DNA of 64,000 nt, from assembly GCF_044324785.1 (NCBI RefSeq), contig NZ_CP172128.1, one strand, 5' to 3'. Each line of letters begins with the position of its first letter. The first letter of the stretch is position 1. The notes under the pieces are model-generated. The model saw nothing but the letters and a program-made list of their open reading frames with translations, did not search any database and was not told the DNA's origin. This DNA is from Escherichia coli (GTDB lineage: Bacteria > Pseudomonadota > Gammaproteobacteria > Enterobacterales > Enterobacteriaceae). Positions 19,900-29,768 of this stretch are shown here, piece by piece. Made by a program: the position numbers and the translations under genes.

Positions 19900-20477
19900 T
19901 CTTTTTTCTCCGTTTTCGGGGGATACAGGATGTCTGGTACGCGATGACTGAGTGATTCCGGCAGCGGAGCCAGCGGGAAACACTGGAAGCGGCGCGTGAT
20001 CCATCCCTGACGGTTACGGTTATCGATGAGCGTGAAGGTACGACGCTTCACGCGTTTCAGTGTCGGGGTGTCGCTTTCCATGACCGGCCAGTCTCCGGCT
20101 GTGAGTGCCGGTGTGCCGTGGACATCCGGCCACAGCCAGGTGTTGTCAGACATCAGCGCAGTGAGTGGTGCGGGCAGAAGCCAGTGAATGACATGCTGTA
20201 TATCAAAAGGCGGTCGCTCCGGCACGTTAACCTGCCAGGTGGCCGTTGTTATCAGCGTGCCTGTCTCTCCGGGCAGGGCCAGGCGAATACCACTCATCTC
20301 CCCGTCAGCCCGTCTGTCACTGGCAAAAATGACCCGGGGATTGGGGGACGGTCGCAGTGTGAAGCAGGCGGACGGCAGGGTGAAGCTGAAACTGTCACCG
20401 TCCACGCGCAGCGTTTTCAGGAAGACCTGTCCCCGTGCAGGACGCCGGCAGCGGGGAGTGATGTGTATGCTGTACAT
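19860..20477 (-). CDS. traV: TraV-like protein
   Basis: 205-aa ORF between traU and traW; positional and size match. Confidence 0.5.
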   Translation of the reverse strand: MYSIHITPRCRRPARGQVFLKTLRVDGDSFSFTLPSACFTLRPSPNPRVIFASDRRADGEMSGIRLALPGETGTLITTATWQVNVPERPPFDIQHVIHWLLPAPLTALMSDNTWLWPDVHGTPALTAGDWPVMESDTPTLKRVKRRTFTLIDNRNRQGWITRRFQCFPLAPLPESLSHRVPDILYPPKTEKKECKDNLQPHCLHS

Positions 20478-23400
20478 CAGAGGTGATATCCCTGCTTACG
20501 GATGAGTTCCGCAGCCAGATCATGGATGACGTTTTCACTGTCATGTGTACGGGCGCGGTGTTCTATCAGTGAGGTGGCTGAACCACGGGGAAAGTTTTCT
20601 GCCAGGATCTGGCGTGCCCGCAGTGACCCGAGCTCCTGCGTCAGCGCACGTCTCAGGGCGCTGTCTTTGGGTGAGGAATTCAGTGCCCACAGCTCCAGTG
20701 GACCGAGAGTGAATTTCAGGATCCGGGCCAGCGTACCGTTTTTTACACGGAACACAGCCAGTACCGGGACACCGCTGCCATCCGGTGCAGCCCCTTCCGG
20801 CATTTTCAGAAAGCGCCGCAGGGTGACTTCAGGGACACCAAAATTATCCCGCAGAAACGGAATTTCGTCAGGGCGGTAACGCAGCAACCAGAGGGTGTTG
20901 GCGGATTTGAGAACTGCCGGTGGATAGTCCTGCAGTAGCTGGGTGCTCAGCACTGTGCGTATCCCGAACTTACGCTGCTCCAGCTCCTGGGTGTCCAGGG
21001 CTTCCCAGATGAAGTTGATCCCTTTTGCATTGTGCAGTTCGTCATAGACTTTGGTCTTGACCTCCTGATCAAGCTGTTCAATGCGGCGGAAAATCACCTC
21101 ATGGTAGCGTGGGTCGAGATTTTTCCGTATTTCCTCCTGATACTGCGGCAGGACAAAATCCCCGCCGGCGATTTGTCCTGCCAGCAGGTACATGATGCCG
21201 GTGCGCAGACGCCCGGCAGGTGTCTTGTCACCGGCCACATTGTTCAGATCAACGGCCACAACGCGGGTGTCGGGGCTGAGCATAAACCGGGTACAGCCGG
21301 ACATCATCGGGTAGTCACTGTGTCCCTGATCGAGGGCACGGCGGATGTAGTCCAGTAACAATTCTGCTGAGTTATCGCGCTGAACTGTGCCGAACACATC
21401 CCGGATGGATGGCTGTCCCAGCAGGGCGGACATTTCAGCCAGCAGGGGCATGGCCTGGTAGTGTGCCCGCTGGGCTGCGGGGATATTGCCAGCCATATGC
21501 AGCATGTCCCTGATTTCAAACCAGGTGGCAGCATTCCACCATCCAGCGTCATGTTGTTCTGCGATGCCACTCTCTTCCAGGGCGAGATCCACAAGGGGCT
21601 CTGTTCCTGCACGGTACAGTCTGGGGTTGTTTTCGCCATACTCCCTGAAGGCCAGATCCACCAGGTTGCTTATGATTTGCCGGGTGTCTCCGGGATTACA
21701 GGGCTGACCGGTGCCGGTATCCACGCACAGTGCGCAGAGTACAGATACCATGAAGTTCTTTTCCGGGGTGGCGGGTTTTTTAGCACCGTACATCACATCA
21801 AACAGGTTACGGGTGTGTTCCGGATCATTGCTCAGAATGATCCCCACGGCTTCGTCCTTTCTCTGCTCCGGCAGGCTGTCACGGATAAGCTGTACCAGTC
21901 CCTGTGCACTGAATCCCTTGTCGATATAGGCAATGAAAGGCAGGTTCTTCTGGGCTGAGGCTATCTGGATCTCCGACAGTGCGTTGATGAGTACCGATTT
22001 GCCCAGACCGGGTGCGCCGGGCGTCAGTTCCGTGTGCTTGTTCTGTTGTGACGATGCCAGTGCGACCTCCCATGCAGAGCCGTCCTCGGTGTGCATCATC
22101 AGATTTCCCTGTCCCCGCCAGACAGAGCCGGCCCTGTTCAGGGGAAACAGGGAAAGGGCGTGTGAAAGGGGCGGGTAAAGGGGGACTGGACCGGAACCGT
22201 GGGAGGCCGCCAGAACCGTGTTCACCCAGGCACGTCTCGGATCACCGAAGGTGGTGGTGGTGCCGCATACTCCCCAGCCTTCCAGCGCAGATTTCAGGAG
22301 CGCCTGGTTGCGGGTACAGACTTCCCGGCTGTTTCCCCATGTGGTGGCAACAATGGTCATGATACAGACCGGATCATGTTTGTTGATGTCATTCAGCATC
22401 ATCACCGAGTCATACATGGGCCGGAGAGGGGAAATAAAGCTGCTGTAGGTCAGCAGGGTTTTCTTGACCCCAAGCGCCTTCATGCCGCCGGGCATCAGAT
22501 CCATCCGGATACGCCAGGGGATTGCGCGGGGCACATCCCTGACCAGCTGGTTGAATGTCCGCAGATTCTGGGGGGGCAGGGTAATGGCGACCATACCGTG
22601 CCAGAGGTCACCGGCCTTTATCAGGCTGCCGTGTGTTTCAGGCTGTGTGGTGAATAACTGCAGATTCAGCGACGGTGCGTGGAATACAGAGGTATCCTCG
22701 CCCTGTCGCCAGCCGGCAGGACGGGCATCTTCAGGCAGATGAGGCTGCCATACTGCAGGTGTGCTGTTGCGCTCCAGTTGACGGCGGATTTCCCGTCCCA
22801 CTTCATGAATATCCATCAGGCGAACCAGCAGACCATCAGAATCATGTGTCAGGGCCTGCTCCAGCGTGTCCAGAAAGGCGTCATGCCGTATTTTGAGTGC
22901 GGAAAGTGTCCAGCGCCATGGATCCTGCGCAAATCGGGCTGGCGGAGCGTGTTCAGCGAGTTTCCTGATACGGGTCTGGTGGTCCTTGCGATCGGTCCGG
23001 CTCAGCAGTTCTTCAGAGCTCCAGACGGTCAGCCAGCAGCGTTCCCGGACAAGCCAGGGGGTGAGCGTGGTGACTTTTTCATCCAGAACGTCCTGAAGCA
23101 GGATCCCCGTGCGTGCGATGGATTTTCGCTGGGGTAAGAGCATGGCTTCGATTTCATCCCTTCCACGCTCCGGATCGCGTTCGAAAACAAAACTGATTTT
23201 GTGACCGGTGTTTTTATAGGCAGTGTTCATTCGCTCTGCCAGCGCTGTAATCAGTGATTCCAGTGTGCCGGGGGCTGTCAGGTCCGGGTTTTCATCCATT
23301 TCTTTCAGGGCACCGCTGATTTCAAAGACGGAAAGGTAATACCCCTGTTTTGTGGTGGCAATGTAGGGGGCTTTCAGCCAGGGGCGGCGTTCGCGGTCCT

Positions 23401-23533
23401 GCTGGTCCAGACCGATGACGGTGTGCAGATCACAGTAATCGGGGAAGAATGCGGAAACGGAATACCGTGACAGGGTACTGATACAGTCTTCAATGGCAAA
23501 AATAATGCGGTTGATATTCATGGCATGGGGCAC
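20477..23533 (-). CDS. traU: TraU-like ATPase (DotO/IcmB family)
   Basis: 1018 aa; Walker A GAPGLGKS; size typical of IcmB/DotO/TraU. Confidence 0.8.
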   Translation of the reverse strand: MPHAMNINRIIFAIEDCISTLSRYSVSAFFPDYCDLHTVIGLDQQDRERRPWLKAPYIATTKQGYYLSVFEISGALKEMDENPDLTAPGTLESLITALAERMNTAYKNTGHKISFVFERDPERGRDEIEAMLLPQRKSIARTGILLQDVLDEKVTTLTPWLVRERCWLTVWSSEELLSRTDRKDHQTRIRKLAEHAPPARFAQDPWRWTLSALKIRHDAFLDTLEQALTHDSDGLLVRLMDIHEVGREIRRQLERNSTPAVWQPHLPEDARPAGWRQGEDTSVFHAPSLNLQLFTTQPETHGSLIKAGDLWHGMVAITLPPQNLRTFNQLVRDVPRAIPWRIRMDLMPGGMKALGVKKTLLTYSSFISPLRPMYDSVMMLNDINKHDPVCIMTIVATTWGNSREVCTRNQALLKSALEGWGVCGTTTTFGDPRRAWVNTVLAASHGSGPVPLYPPLSHALSLFPLNRAGSVWRGQGNLMMHTEDGSAWEVALASSQQNKHTELTPGAPGLGKSVLINALSEIQIASAQKNLPFIAYIDKGFSAQGLVQLIRDSLPEQRKDEAVGIILSNDPEHTRNLFDVMYGAKKPATPEKNFMVSVLCALCVDTGTGQPCNPGDTRQIISNLVDLAFREYGENNPRLYRAGTEPLVDLALEESGIAEQHDAGWWNAATWFEIRDMLHMAGNIPAAQRAHYQAMPLLAEMSALLGQPSIRDVFGTVQRDNSAELLLDYIRRALDQGHSDYPMMSGCTRFMLSPDTRVVAVDLNNVAGDKTPAGRLRTGIMYLLAGQIAGGDFVLPQYQEEIRKNLDPRYHEVIFRRIEQLDQEVKTKVYDELHNAKGINFIWEALDTQELEQRKFGIRTVLSTQLLQDYPPAVLKSANTLWLLRYRPDEIPFLRDNFGVPEVTLRRFLKMPEGAAPDGSGVPVLAVFRVKNGTLARILKFTLGPLELWALNSSPKDSALRRALTQELGSLRARQILAENFPRGSATSLIEHRARTHDSENVIHDLAAELIRKQGYHL

Positions 23534-23640
23534 TCCGGTAAGGATGAATCATCACGGTCTTATATTTTTTGATGCCACAGCAGGGGATGTGGCATGAAAA
23601 AACAGCAGAGAAAATAAATAATCTGTTGAGGGGCAGGTGC

Positions 23641-23648
23641 GTATTTCT
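23641..23648. repeat. 8-bp target-site duplication (left) of the IS66-family insertion: gtatttct
   Basis: Identical octamer at 26181..26188 immediately outside the opposite IR. Confidence 0.8.
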
Positions 23649-23678
23649 GTAAGCGTCAACGGAGCACCGTATTGACGC

Positions 23679-25292
23679 TTATTTATTGGTGAGTACTACG
23701 TTCCATGGCAGGAGTTCATCAACTCGGTTGGAAGGCCATTCCGGCAGTACGCTCAGGATATGGCGCAGATACGCTTCCGGAGCGATACCGTTCAGACGGC
23801 AGGTGCCGATCAGCCCGTACAACAGTGCTCCACGCTCGCCGCCGTGATCGCTGCCAAAGAACATAAAGTTTTTCTTTCCGAGACAGACTGCACGAAGCGC
23901 TCTTTCCGCAGCATTATTATCCGCCTCCGCCAGACCGTCATCACTGTAATAACAGAGGGCATCCCACTGATTCAGTACATAGCTGAACGCTTCGCCCAGT
24001 CTGGATTTTTTCGACAGCGTACCATTCTTCTCCACCATCCATTCATGCAGCGACGTCAGTAACACTTTGCTTCGCTGCTGCCTGACGGCAAGACGCTCTG
24101 ACTCCGGTAATCCCCGTATTTCATCCTCGATGGCGTACAGTTCACTGATTCGCTTCAGGGCTTCTTCTGCCGTCGCACTTTTGCTGCTGATGTATACATC
24201 GTGGATTTTTCGCCGGGCATGGGCCCAGCACGCAACTTCTGTCAGTGCACCACCTTCACGTTCTGCACTGAACAACCTGTCGTAACCTGTGAACGCATCC
24301 GCCTGCAGGATACCCCGGAAGGGGCGGAGGTGTTGCTCCGGGTGTTTCCCCTGCCGGTTCGGCGAGTACGCGAACCAGACCGCTGGAGGAGATGACGAAC
24401 CCACATTGCGATCATCCCGGACATACGTCCAGATACGCCCTGTTTTCGCCTTTTTCTGACCCGGTGCCAGTACCTTTACCGGTGTGTCATCAGTGTGAAC
24501 CTTGCGGGTGTTCATTACATAACGGTACAGGGCATCATTCACCGGTGTCATTAACTGGCAGCACGCGTCAACCCAGTTGGAGAGTAAGGCCCGGCTCAGT
24601 TAGACACCCTGGCGGGCAAAGATTTCACTCTGACGATACAGTGGCAGATGTTCGCAGTATTTTCCCGTTAACACGCGGGCAAGTAATCCGGGGCCCGCGA
24701 TACCACGCTCTATCGGGCGGGACGGCGCCGGTGCTTCAACAATACAGTCACATTTTGTACAGGCTTTTTTTACCCGTTCTGTGCGGATCACTTTCAGGGC
24801 ACTGCTCACCAGTTCCAGCTGTTCAGCGCTGACTTCCCCCAGATAATCCAGCTCACCGCCACACTCCGGGCAACAGCTTTCTTCTGGCTCCAGGCGGTGT
24901 ATTTCACGGGGAAGGTGTGCCGGTAACGGACGACGATGGCGCGACTGTCGCAACTGGCGGGGAACCTGAGGATCGTCTTCCCGCCCACTGTAACGATCGC
25001 TGTCCTGCTCACGTTGTTTCAGCAGAGCCTCAGCCAGTTCAACTTCACGACGCAGTTTTTCAGAACGGGTACCGAACAGCATCCGGCGCAGTTTTTCTAT
25101 CTGAGCCCGCAGATGTTCTATTTCCCGTTCATCTTCTTCGATCTTTTCTTCGGCACGTGTCAGTGCAGAGCGCAGGAAGGCTTCCGTCTCTTCAACCAGA
25201 CTCAGTTGCTGGTCTTTCTGACGGAGGGCTTCAGCCTGCTCAGAGAGCAACCTTTCCAGCTCTGCGATGCGAATGAGGTATTTCTGACTCAT
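23679..25292 (-). pseudogene. tnpC: IS66 TnpC transposase interrupted by one in-frame TAA (complement of 24600-24602)
   Basis: ORFs 24600..25292 and 23679..24551 are in frame; translation ...IFARQGV*LSRALLSNWVDACCQLMTPVNDALYRYV... is continuous apart from the stop. Confidence 0.8.
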
Positions 25293-25322
25293 GACCGTTT
25301 TTATAATGCGGTCAGGAGTTTT

Positions 25323-25673
25323 TTACAACATTGTCAGTGAGTTACGGCTGGATGTTTTTGGCTGACGCCAGTCCAGCTTATCGAGGAGCATTGCCAGTTG
25401 CGAGCGGGTAATGGATACCTTGCCGTCACGTACCGCAGGCCAGATAAACTGGCCTTCCTCCAGGCGTTTGGTGAACAGGCACAGACCATCAGCATCAGCC
25501 CAAAGAATTTTGACGGTGTCACCCCGTCGGCCACGGAAGATAAACAGGTGACCGGAGAAGGGATTATCATTCAGCACATGTTGTACCTGTTCTCCCAGTC
25601 CGTTGAAGGATTTACGCATATCGGTAACGCCGGCAACGAGCCAGATACGGGTACCTGATGGGAGTGAGATCAT
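25323..25673 (-). CDS. tnpB: IS66 TnpB (orfB)
   Basis: MISLPSGTRIWLVAGVTDMRKSFNGLGEQVQHVLNDNPFSGHLFIFRGRRGDTVKILWAD... Confidence 0.85.
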   Translation of the reverse strand: MISLPSGTRIWLVAGVTDMRKSFNGLGEQVQHVLNDNPFSGHLFIFRGRRGDTVKILWADADGLCLFTKRLEEGQFIWPAVRDGKVSITRSQLAMLLDKLDWRQPKTSSRNSLTML

Positions 25674-26095
25674 CTTCCCCTCCCGGTCAGTTCACGGATC
25701 AACACTGTGAGCAGCTCTGGCGATGGATTTTCCAGCGTCATGTTACCGTGACGGAATTCCACCTTGCAGGAACTGGCACTGACTCTGGTCTGAGTGGAAG
25801 TGGATAAAGACGGCGCAATGGCCGCCACAGGTTCTTTCTGCTCATCCGGCGTTATTTCTACAGGTAATAATTCAACGCCAGTGTCAGAAGAGGTCGTTAC
25901 CGGAAGACGCCGCGAAACACGCCCTTCGTTCTGCCAGAGCCTGAGCCATTTGAAAATAACATTATCATTGACGCCATTTTCACGTGCAATCTGTGCAACA
26001 CAAGCTCCAGGTTGTGATGCCAGTTCCACCATACGAAGTTTGAATTCATTCGAATAGTTTTTACGAGGTTCTTTTCGCCAGTCCTGTAATTCCAT
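25670..26095 (-). CDS. tnpA: IS66 TnpA (orfA, HTH)
   Basis: ...NYSNEFKLRMVELASQPGACVAQIARENGVNDNVIFKWLRLWQNEG... Confidence 0.8.
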   Translation of the reverse strand: MELQDWRKEPRKNYSNEFKLRMVELASQPGACVAQIARENGVNDNVIFKWLRLWQNEGRVSRRLPVTTSSDTGVELLPVEITPDEQKEPVAAIAPSLSTSTQTRVSASSCKVEFRHGNMTLENPSPELLTVLIRELTGRGR

Positions 26096-26180
26096 ACTTA
26101 GATGTCCGTCTATATCAGATGGGCGTCTAAGTTACCAATTCTCGTCTGATGGCTACATACGGCGGTCAGTTTACGCTTAC

Positions 26181-26188
26181 GTATTTCT
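26181..26188. repeat. 8-bp target-site duplication (right) of the IS66-family insertion: gtatttct
   Basis: Matches 23641..23648. Confidence 0.8.
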
Positions 26189-26236
26189 GTGTGATTACAG
26201 TAAATAATAAAAATGTAATAAGGTGGAAACACGCTG

Positions 26237-26620
26237 TCAGCGTAGTGAATTTACTGGCGGATAAGTGATTTTATTAATATGTACAACAATACATTTTCTT
26301 TTTTCATTTCGTATAAATACAGGGGGGATATAAAAGAAACGGAGACTGCAGAGACAGAGATGCAGTTGTTTTCCCCGTTTCCTTAATGAAAATTCACTCA
26401 GGGGTGTGGCCGGATAATTATGCCGGGCGCTTAATTCCCTGTTGAACTGAAGTATTCCGGCAATATTCAGCAGTACGCCGGCCAGCCTGCCGTCATCATC
26501 CCGCAGGAAACGACGGAGTAGCCGGTGCTCTTCTTTGGCGGTACTGTCAGTTTTTCCGGCCAGGTGTGCGTGGATGAGTGTTATAAGCGTCTCCGGGGAT
26601 ATGCGGTGAATTTTCATCAT
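26237..26620 (-). CDS. Hypothetical tra-operon protein (127 aa)
   Basis: ORF immediately upstream of the IS66 insertion; 3' third is AT-rich and may be non-coding. Confidence 0.3.
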   Translation of the reverse strand: MMKIHRISPETLITLIHAHLAGKTDSTAKEEHRLLRRFLRDDDGRLAGVLLNIAGILQFNRELSARHNYPATPLSEFSLRKRGKQLHLCLCSLRFFYIPPVFIRNEKRKCIVVHINKITYPPVNSLR

Positions 26621-27045
26621 TCTTCTCCTGATTTTGTCGGGGGCACACCCGGATAGATAAACTGCTGGCGGCGAATGAAAAAATCACAGAAGGGCATATC
26701 CGGTAATTCCGGGAGACCGGATACGGCAATATCCATCCATGAGAGATAGTTATCGACGCTCACTGTGACGGTGATGCTGTTATGGGTACGGGATCTTTCA
26801 TGAATTTCTGCAGCCAGAAAGAGCAGCCAGCCGCCGTTAAATGCCGGGTGGCGGAGAATGAACCGGGCAATCTCTTTTTCAACTCCATCAGGCGGAATAT
26901 CGTCCGTCAGTGTCCGGATAATAAAGTGCCGGAATGCATCAGCGGTGAACTGATATGCGGCAGAGAGGGTATTCATTTTTGTTCCTCTGTAAGTTGAGAG
27001 GGCCGGCAGAACGTCATCGGTACCGGTGTGGGAGGGCTGCATCAC
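26617..27045 (-). CDS. Hypothetical tra-operon protein (142 aa)
   Basis: ORF with start/stop overlaps to both neighbours. Confidence 0.4.
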   Translation of the reverse strand: MMQPSHTGTDDVLPALSTYRGTKMNTLSAAYQFTADAFRHFIIRTLTDDIPPDGVEKEIARFILRHPAFNGGWLLFLAAEIHERSRTHNSITVTVSVDNYLSWMDIAVSGLPELPDMPFCDFFIRRQQFIYPGVPPTKSGEE

Positions 27046-27860
27046 CAGACGAACTCCCTGTCAGGAAACGAATCCGGCAGCAGAATGAGCGCCACCCCGT
27101 CCATTTTCTCCCGCAGTGTTTTACGCTGTGCCGGCGGCCAGCGGCGCAGTGCATCAGCAAAATCCGCCGGACGCCAGGTGCGAAATTTCTCCTCAACGGC
27201 CAGGCGGTTCTGTACCAGGGCATTCAGTACGGCCCGTCCCTGTCTGACTCGCTTACGCTCATCGCTGAAAATTTCCTTCAGTGCCCGTGCATTGAGAGCA
27301 ACCACCGAGGCCGGATGCAAATCAGGGAGCCAGACCATCACCCCCTGTGCGGCAGCGTAGCCGTTCAGGCAGTGCCAGGCGTGGCAGAAGGCACAGAGAT
27401 GAAAGGGCGGGCCTTCCGGCTGCAGCAGTTCACTTTCATTTTCGCTGAGTGCATCTGTTGTGACGATTTGTGACTTTTCCACATGACGCAGGGCCAGTCG
27501 CCTGGCCGACAGGCGGGCCTGTGCCAGGGACCGCTCCGCATCCTGCAGGGTTCGGGTGTGTTTCTTTTTTTCGTCAGCGTTTTCCGGTACCGGATGTTTT
27601 TTCAGGCGCATCACCCGGGTGAGGTTTTTTTCCAGCAGGACGACCGTATCCCGGCAGGTGTCAGCCATCTGCTGTAATGGCCATGAATCCTCCAGAATGA
27701 AGCGGTGAGTGACGGTCCTGCGACAGCAGGGACAGCGTCCGGGTGTTGAGAGCACGGGTGGTGGCAGCAGGGATTCACCGCTGAATACCGTGTCCGGTTG
27801 CGGGAGCGGGAAAAGCCAGCGTTCCCGGACCGGGGCGATGAGTGGCGGTGTTTTGTTCAT
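27042..27860 (-). CDS. Hypothetical tra-operon protein, Cys-rich (TraT-position)
   Basis: 272-aa ORF with CPCC and HLCAFCHAWHC motifs; start uncertain (overlaps the upstream ORF by 86 bp). Confidence 0.45.
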   Translation of the reverse strand: MNKTPPLIAPVRERWLFPLPQPDTVFSGESLLPPPVLSTPGRCPCCRRTVTHRFILEDSWPLQQMADTCRDTVVLLEKNLTRVMRLKKHPVPENADEKKKHTRTLQDAERSLAQARLSARRLALRHVEKSQIVTTDALSENESELLQPEGPPFHLCAFCHAWHCLNGYAAAQGVMVWLPDLHPASVVALNARALKEIFSDERKRVRQGRAVLNALVQNRLAVEEKFRTWRPADFADALRRWPPAQRKTLREKMDGVALILLPDSFPDREFVW

Positions 27861-28059
27861 ACGTTTTTCTCTCTGTATACAGGGTGACGGCAGCCAGAAT
27901 CAGTGCTGCGATGGCGGTGGAATAACACTCTGTAAACACAAACTCCTGATTATCCCGGTTGTCGCGGGCAATCACGTTGCCGTGCTCTGTTCTGAGCAGG
28001 GTGAAAGGGGGCAGCTCACAGGACATGGTCTGGTCCTCTTCATTGTGTGAAGACGGCAC
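27775..28059 (-). CDS. Hypothetical small membrane protein (TraS-position)
   Basis: 94-aa ORF with one TM helix. Confidence 0.3.
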   Translation of the reverse strand: MPSSHNEEDQTMSCELPPFTLLRTEHGNVIARDNRDNQEFVFTECYSTAIAALILAAVTLYTERKTYEQNTATHRPGPGTLAFPAPATGHGIQR

Positions 28060-28082
28060 CGGGAAACCGGTGCCGTTGTGGA

Positions 28083-28481
28083 TTAACTGATGGAGACCGG
28101 AGAAAGACCGAGCGTTTTCTGTCCACTGCTCATCATTTCCGGTACGACGGCAAGACAGGCACCGACCACAATGGACAGTATGCAGGCCACCCCTGCTCCG
28201 GGTTTTTTACCGATTTGTTTGAGGCCAAGCAGGCCGGCAATAAAGAGCACCAGGCCAATAACCTGAGCGATGGTCACAAATGAACTGCTGGAGCCTTTTG
28301 CACCATCGCCAACGGTTTTGATCATATCGAATAGGGTGTTTGCCATCGCTGTGTGGGGCAGCAGTATCACGGGAAGCAGAAGTAACAGGCGTATCAGCCG
28401 GTCACGGCAGGCCACCAGGCATAACTGAACATAAATAAATGCAGCGCACAGACGCGCCGCCATGGCACGGAATCGTGACAT
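28083..28481 (-). CDS. traR: TraR-like small membrane protein
   Basis: 132 aa, three hydrophobic helices; positional. Confidence 0.45.
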   Translation of the reverse strand: MSRFRAMAARLCAAFIYVQLCLVACRDRLIRLLLLLPVILLPHTAMANTLFDMIKTVGDGAKGSSSSFVTIAQVIGLVLFIAGLLGLKQIGKKPGAGVACILSIVVGACLAVVPEMMSSGQKTLGLSPVSIS

Positions 28482-28527
28482 ATAGTCTCCTTAACTAACA
28501 GACTGAATGACTGAAAAAGGATGTGGA

Positions 28528-29058
28528 TCAGAAGGCGAGACCAAGACTCGCCAGAGAGGCATCGATGACGCGATCGATAAAAACCAGCAGAACGCCGGCA
28601 ACAAACTTGACGTTTCCTTTGCTGATGGACTCACTGCTGCTCAGGGCGGTATGCCCGTCCAGCAGGGATTTACGCCAGATGGAAATGCCGTTCATGGCAA
28701 ACCCCACTCCGGCCAGTTTTACCAGTGAGAGCATGGCATTGGCGGCACCGGCAGCGGCACCAAAGGTGGTTGGTTGTACATAAGCGATAGGGCCGAAGGA
28801 ATCAGCCCTGAATCCCATCTGGGTACCCCCGGCATTGATGAAGGATGGCAGGGCGACCAGCATGCCGCAGATGACGATACCGGCGATAAATTTTCCCGGT
28901 CCCATACTGTGACGCCCTTCTGCCCGGGCGCGCATCAGATGACCAATCAGGCCGATAATCCCCAGCAGCTCTCCCCAGGTGAAGAGAAACTCCATGCCTG
29001 CACTGAATATACCGCTGGCAAAGTTCTCTATGGCTGTCAGGGCATCAATGCTCATCAT
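28528..29058 (-). CDS. traQ: TraQ-like membrane protein
   Basis: 176 aa, multiple TM helices; size and position match. Confidence 0.5.
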   Translation of the reverse strand: MMSIDALTAIENFASGIFSAGMEFLFTWGELLGIIGLIGHLMRARAEGRHSMGPGKFIAGIVICGMLVALPSFINAGGTQMGFRADSFGPIAYVQPTTFGAAAGAANAMLSLVKLAGVGFAMNGISIWRKSLLDGHTALSSSESISKGNVKFVAGVLLVFIDRVIDASLASLGLAF

Positions 29059-29768
29059 CGTAATGTACCGGCAGAGGTGATGACTGAGCGGCTGGACGGC
29101 TCAATCCGGGTGATGGTGATATTCCCCAGCCTGTCACCTTCCCGTACTGCCCAGGCGCTACCCTGCCAGCGGATCCAGGCCATTCCTTTTTCCACCGACA
29201 TGATTTGCATGCCCTGCAGGCGGGAAGGCGGGGTTTTCGTTGACTGGCCGTTATTCCCGGTCGGGATTTGCAGTGGTCCCTGCATCTGCAGGGCATGCAC
29301 CTGCTTACGGGTTTCATCAAGCAACTGACGGGTTTCCTGTGCCCAGGCCTCATCTTTCCGTATGGTGTCGCCAAGGGTTGTGATGCTCTCTTTCAGCATG
29401 GTCAGGGTACGTCGGATTTCCTCATCCCGCCTGTCCAGCTCTGCTTTCAGGTCACGGGCAAGCTGCTGCATGTCTGCCTGTGGGGAGACAGGAGGCGCGG
29501 ACATGGTGTTTCCGCTCCCGGTCTCCGTCATGGGCATGGGCTCTGCCCAGCTTTCGGCTGCGGGCGGTGTGACAGCGAAGCCTGCATCTGCAGGGGGTTC
29601 TGAGGGTGTCCGCAGAAACTTGTACCAGACTGCGGCCAGGATGATGAGGACACAGCCGGCCCAGACTGGCAGGCTGTATCCCATATACTGGCGTTTCAGG
29701 AAGGATTTGCCGGATGCCGGTGTCGTTGTTTCGCCAAAACTGCCGGGATCTTCATGTTCGTTTTTCAT
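29055..29768 (-). CDS. traP: TraP-like protein (DotI/IcmL-like)
   Basis: 237 aa with one TM helix and a coiled-coil region; size and position match. Confidence 0.5.
   Translation of the reverse strand: MKNEHEDPGSFGETTTPASGKSFLKRQYMGYSLPVWAGCVLIILAAVWYKFLRTPSEPPADAGFAVTPPAAESWAEPMPMTETGSGNTMSAPPVSPQADMQQLARDLKAELDRRDEEIRRTLTMLKESITTLGDTIRKDEAWAQETRQLLDETRKQVHALQMQGPLQIPTGNNGQSTKTPPSRLQGMQIMSVEKGMAWIRWQGSAWAVREGDRLGNITITRIEPSSRSVITSAGTLR

Larger units (their letters stand above)
23649..26180 (-). mobile_element. IS66-family insertion sequence (2532 bp) with tnpA-tnpB-tnpC
   Basis: Terminal IRs GTAAGCGTCAACGGAGC (23649-) and reverse complement GTAAGCGTAAACTGACC (ending 26180); flanked by an 8-bp direct repeat. 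Confidence 0.85.

Noticed and set aside
15890..23533. Numerous plus-strand ORFs of 60-200 aa (e.g. 17666..18259, 18204..18791, 22199..22657) antisense to traY/traW/traU
   Set aside because: They lie entirely within well-supported minus-strand genes in GC-rich DNA, where long antisense open frames arise by chance; no independent coding evidence.
4710..24602. Interpreting the two in-frame TAA codons in transposases as programmed recoding or read-through
   Set aside because: Transposase recoding in these families is by frameshifting, not ochre read-through, and neither site has a known read-through context; pseudogenisation or sequencing error is more parsimonious.
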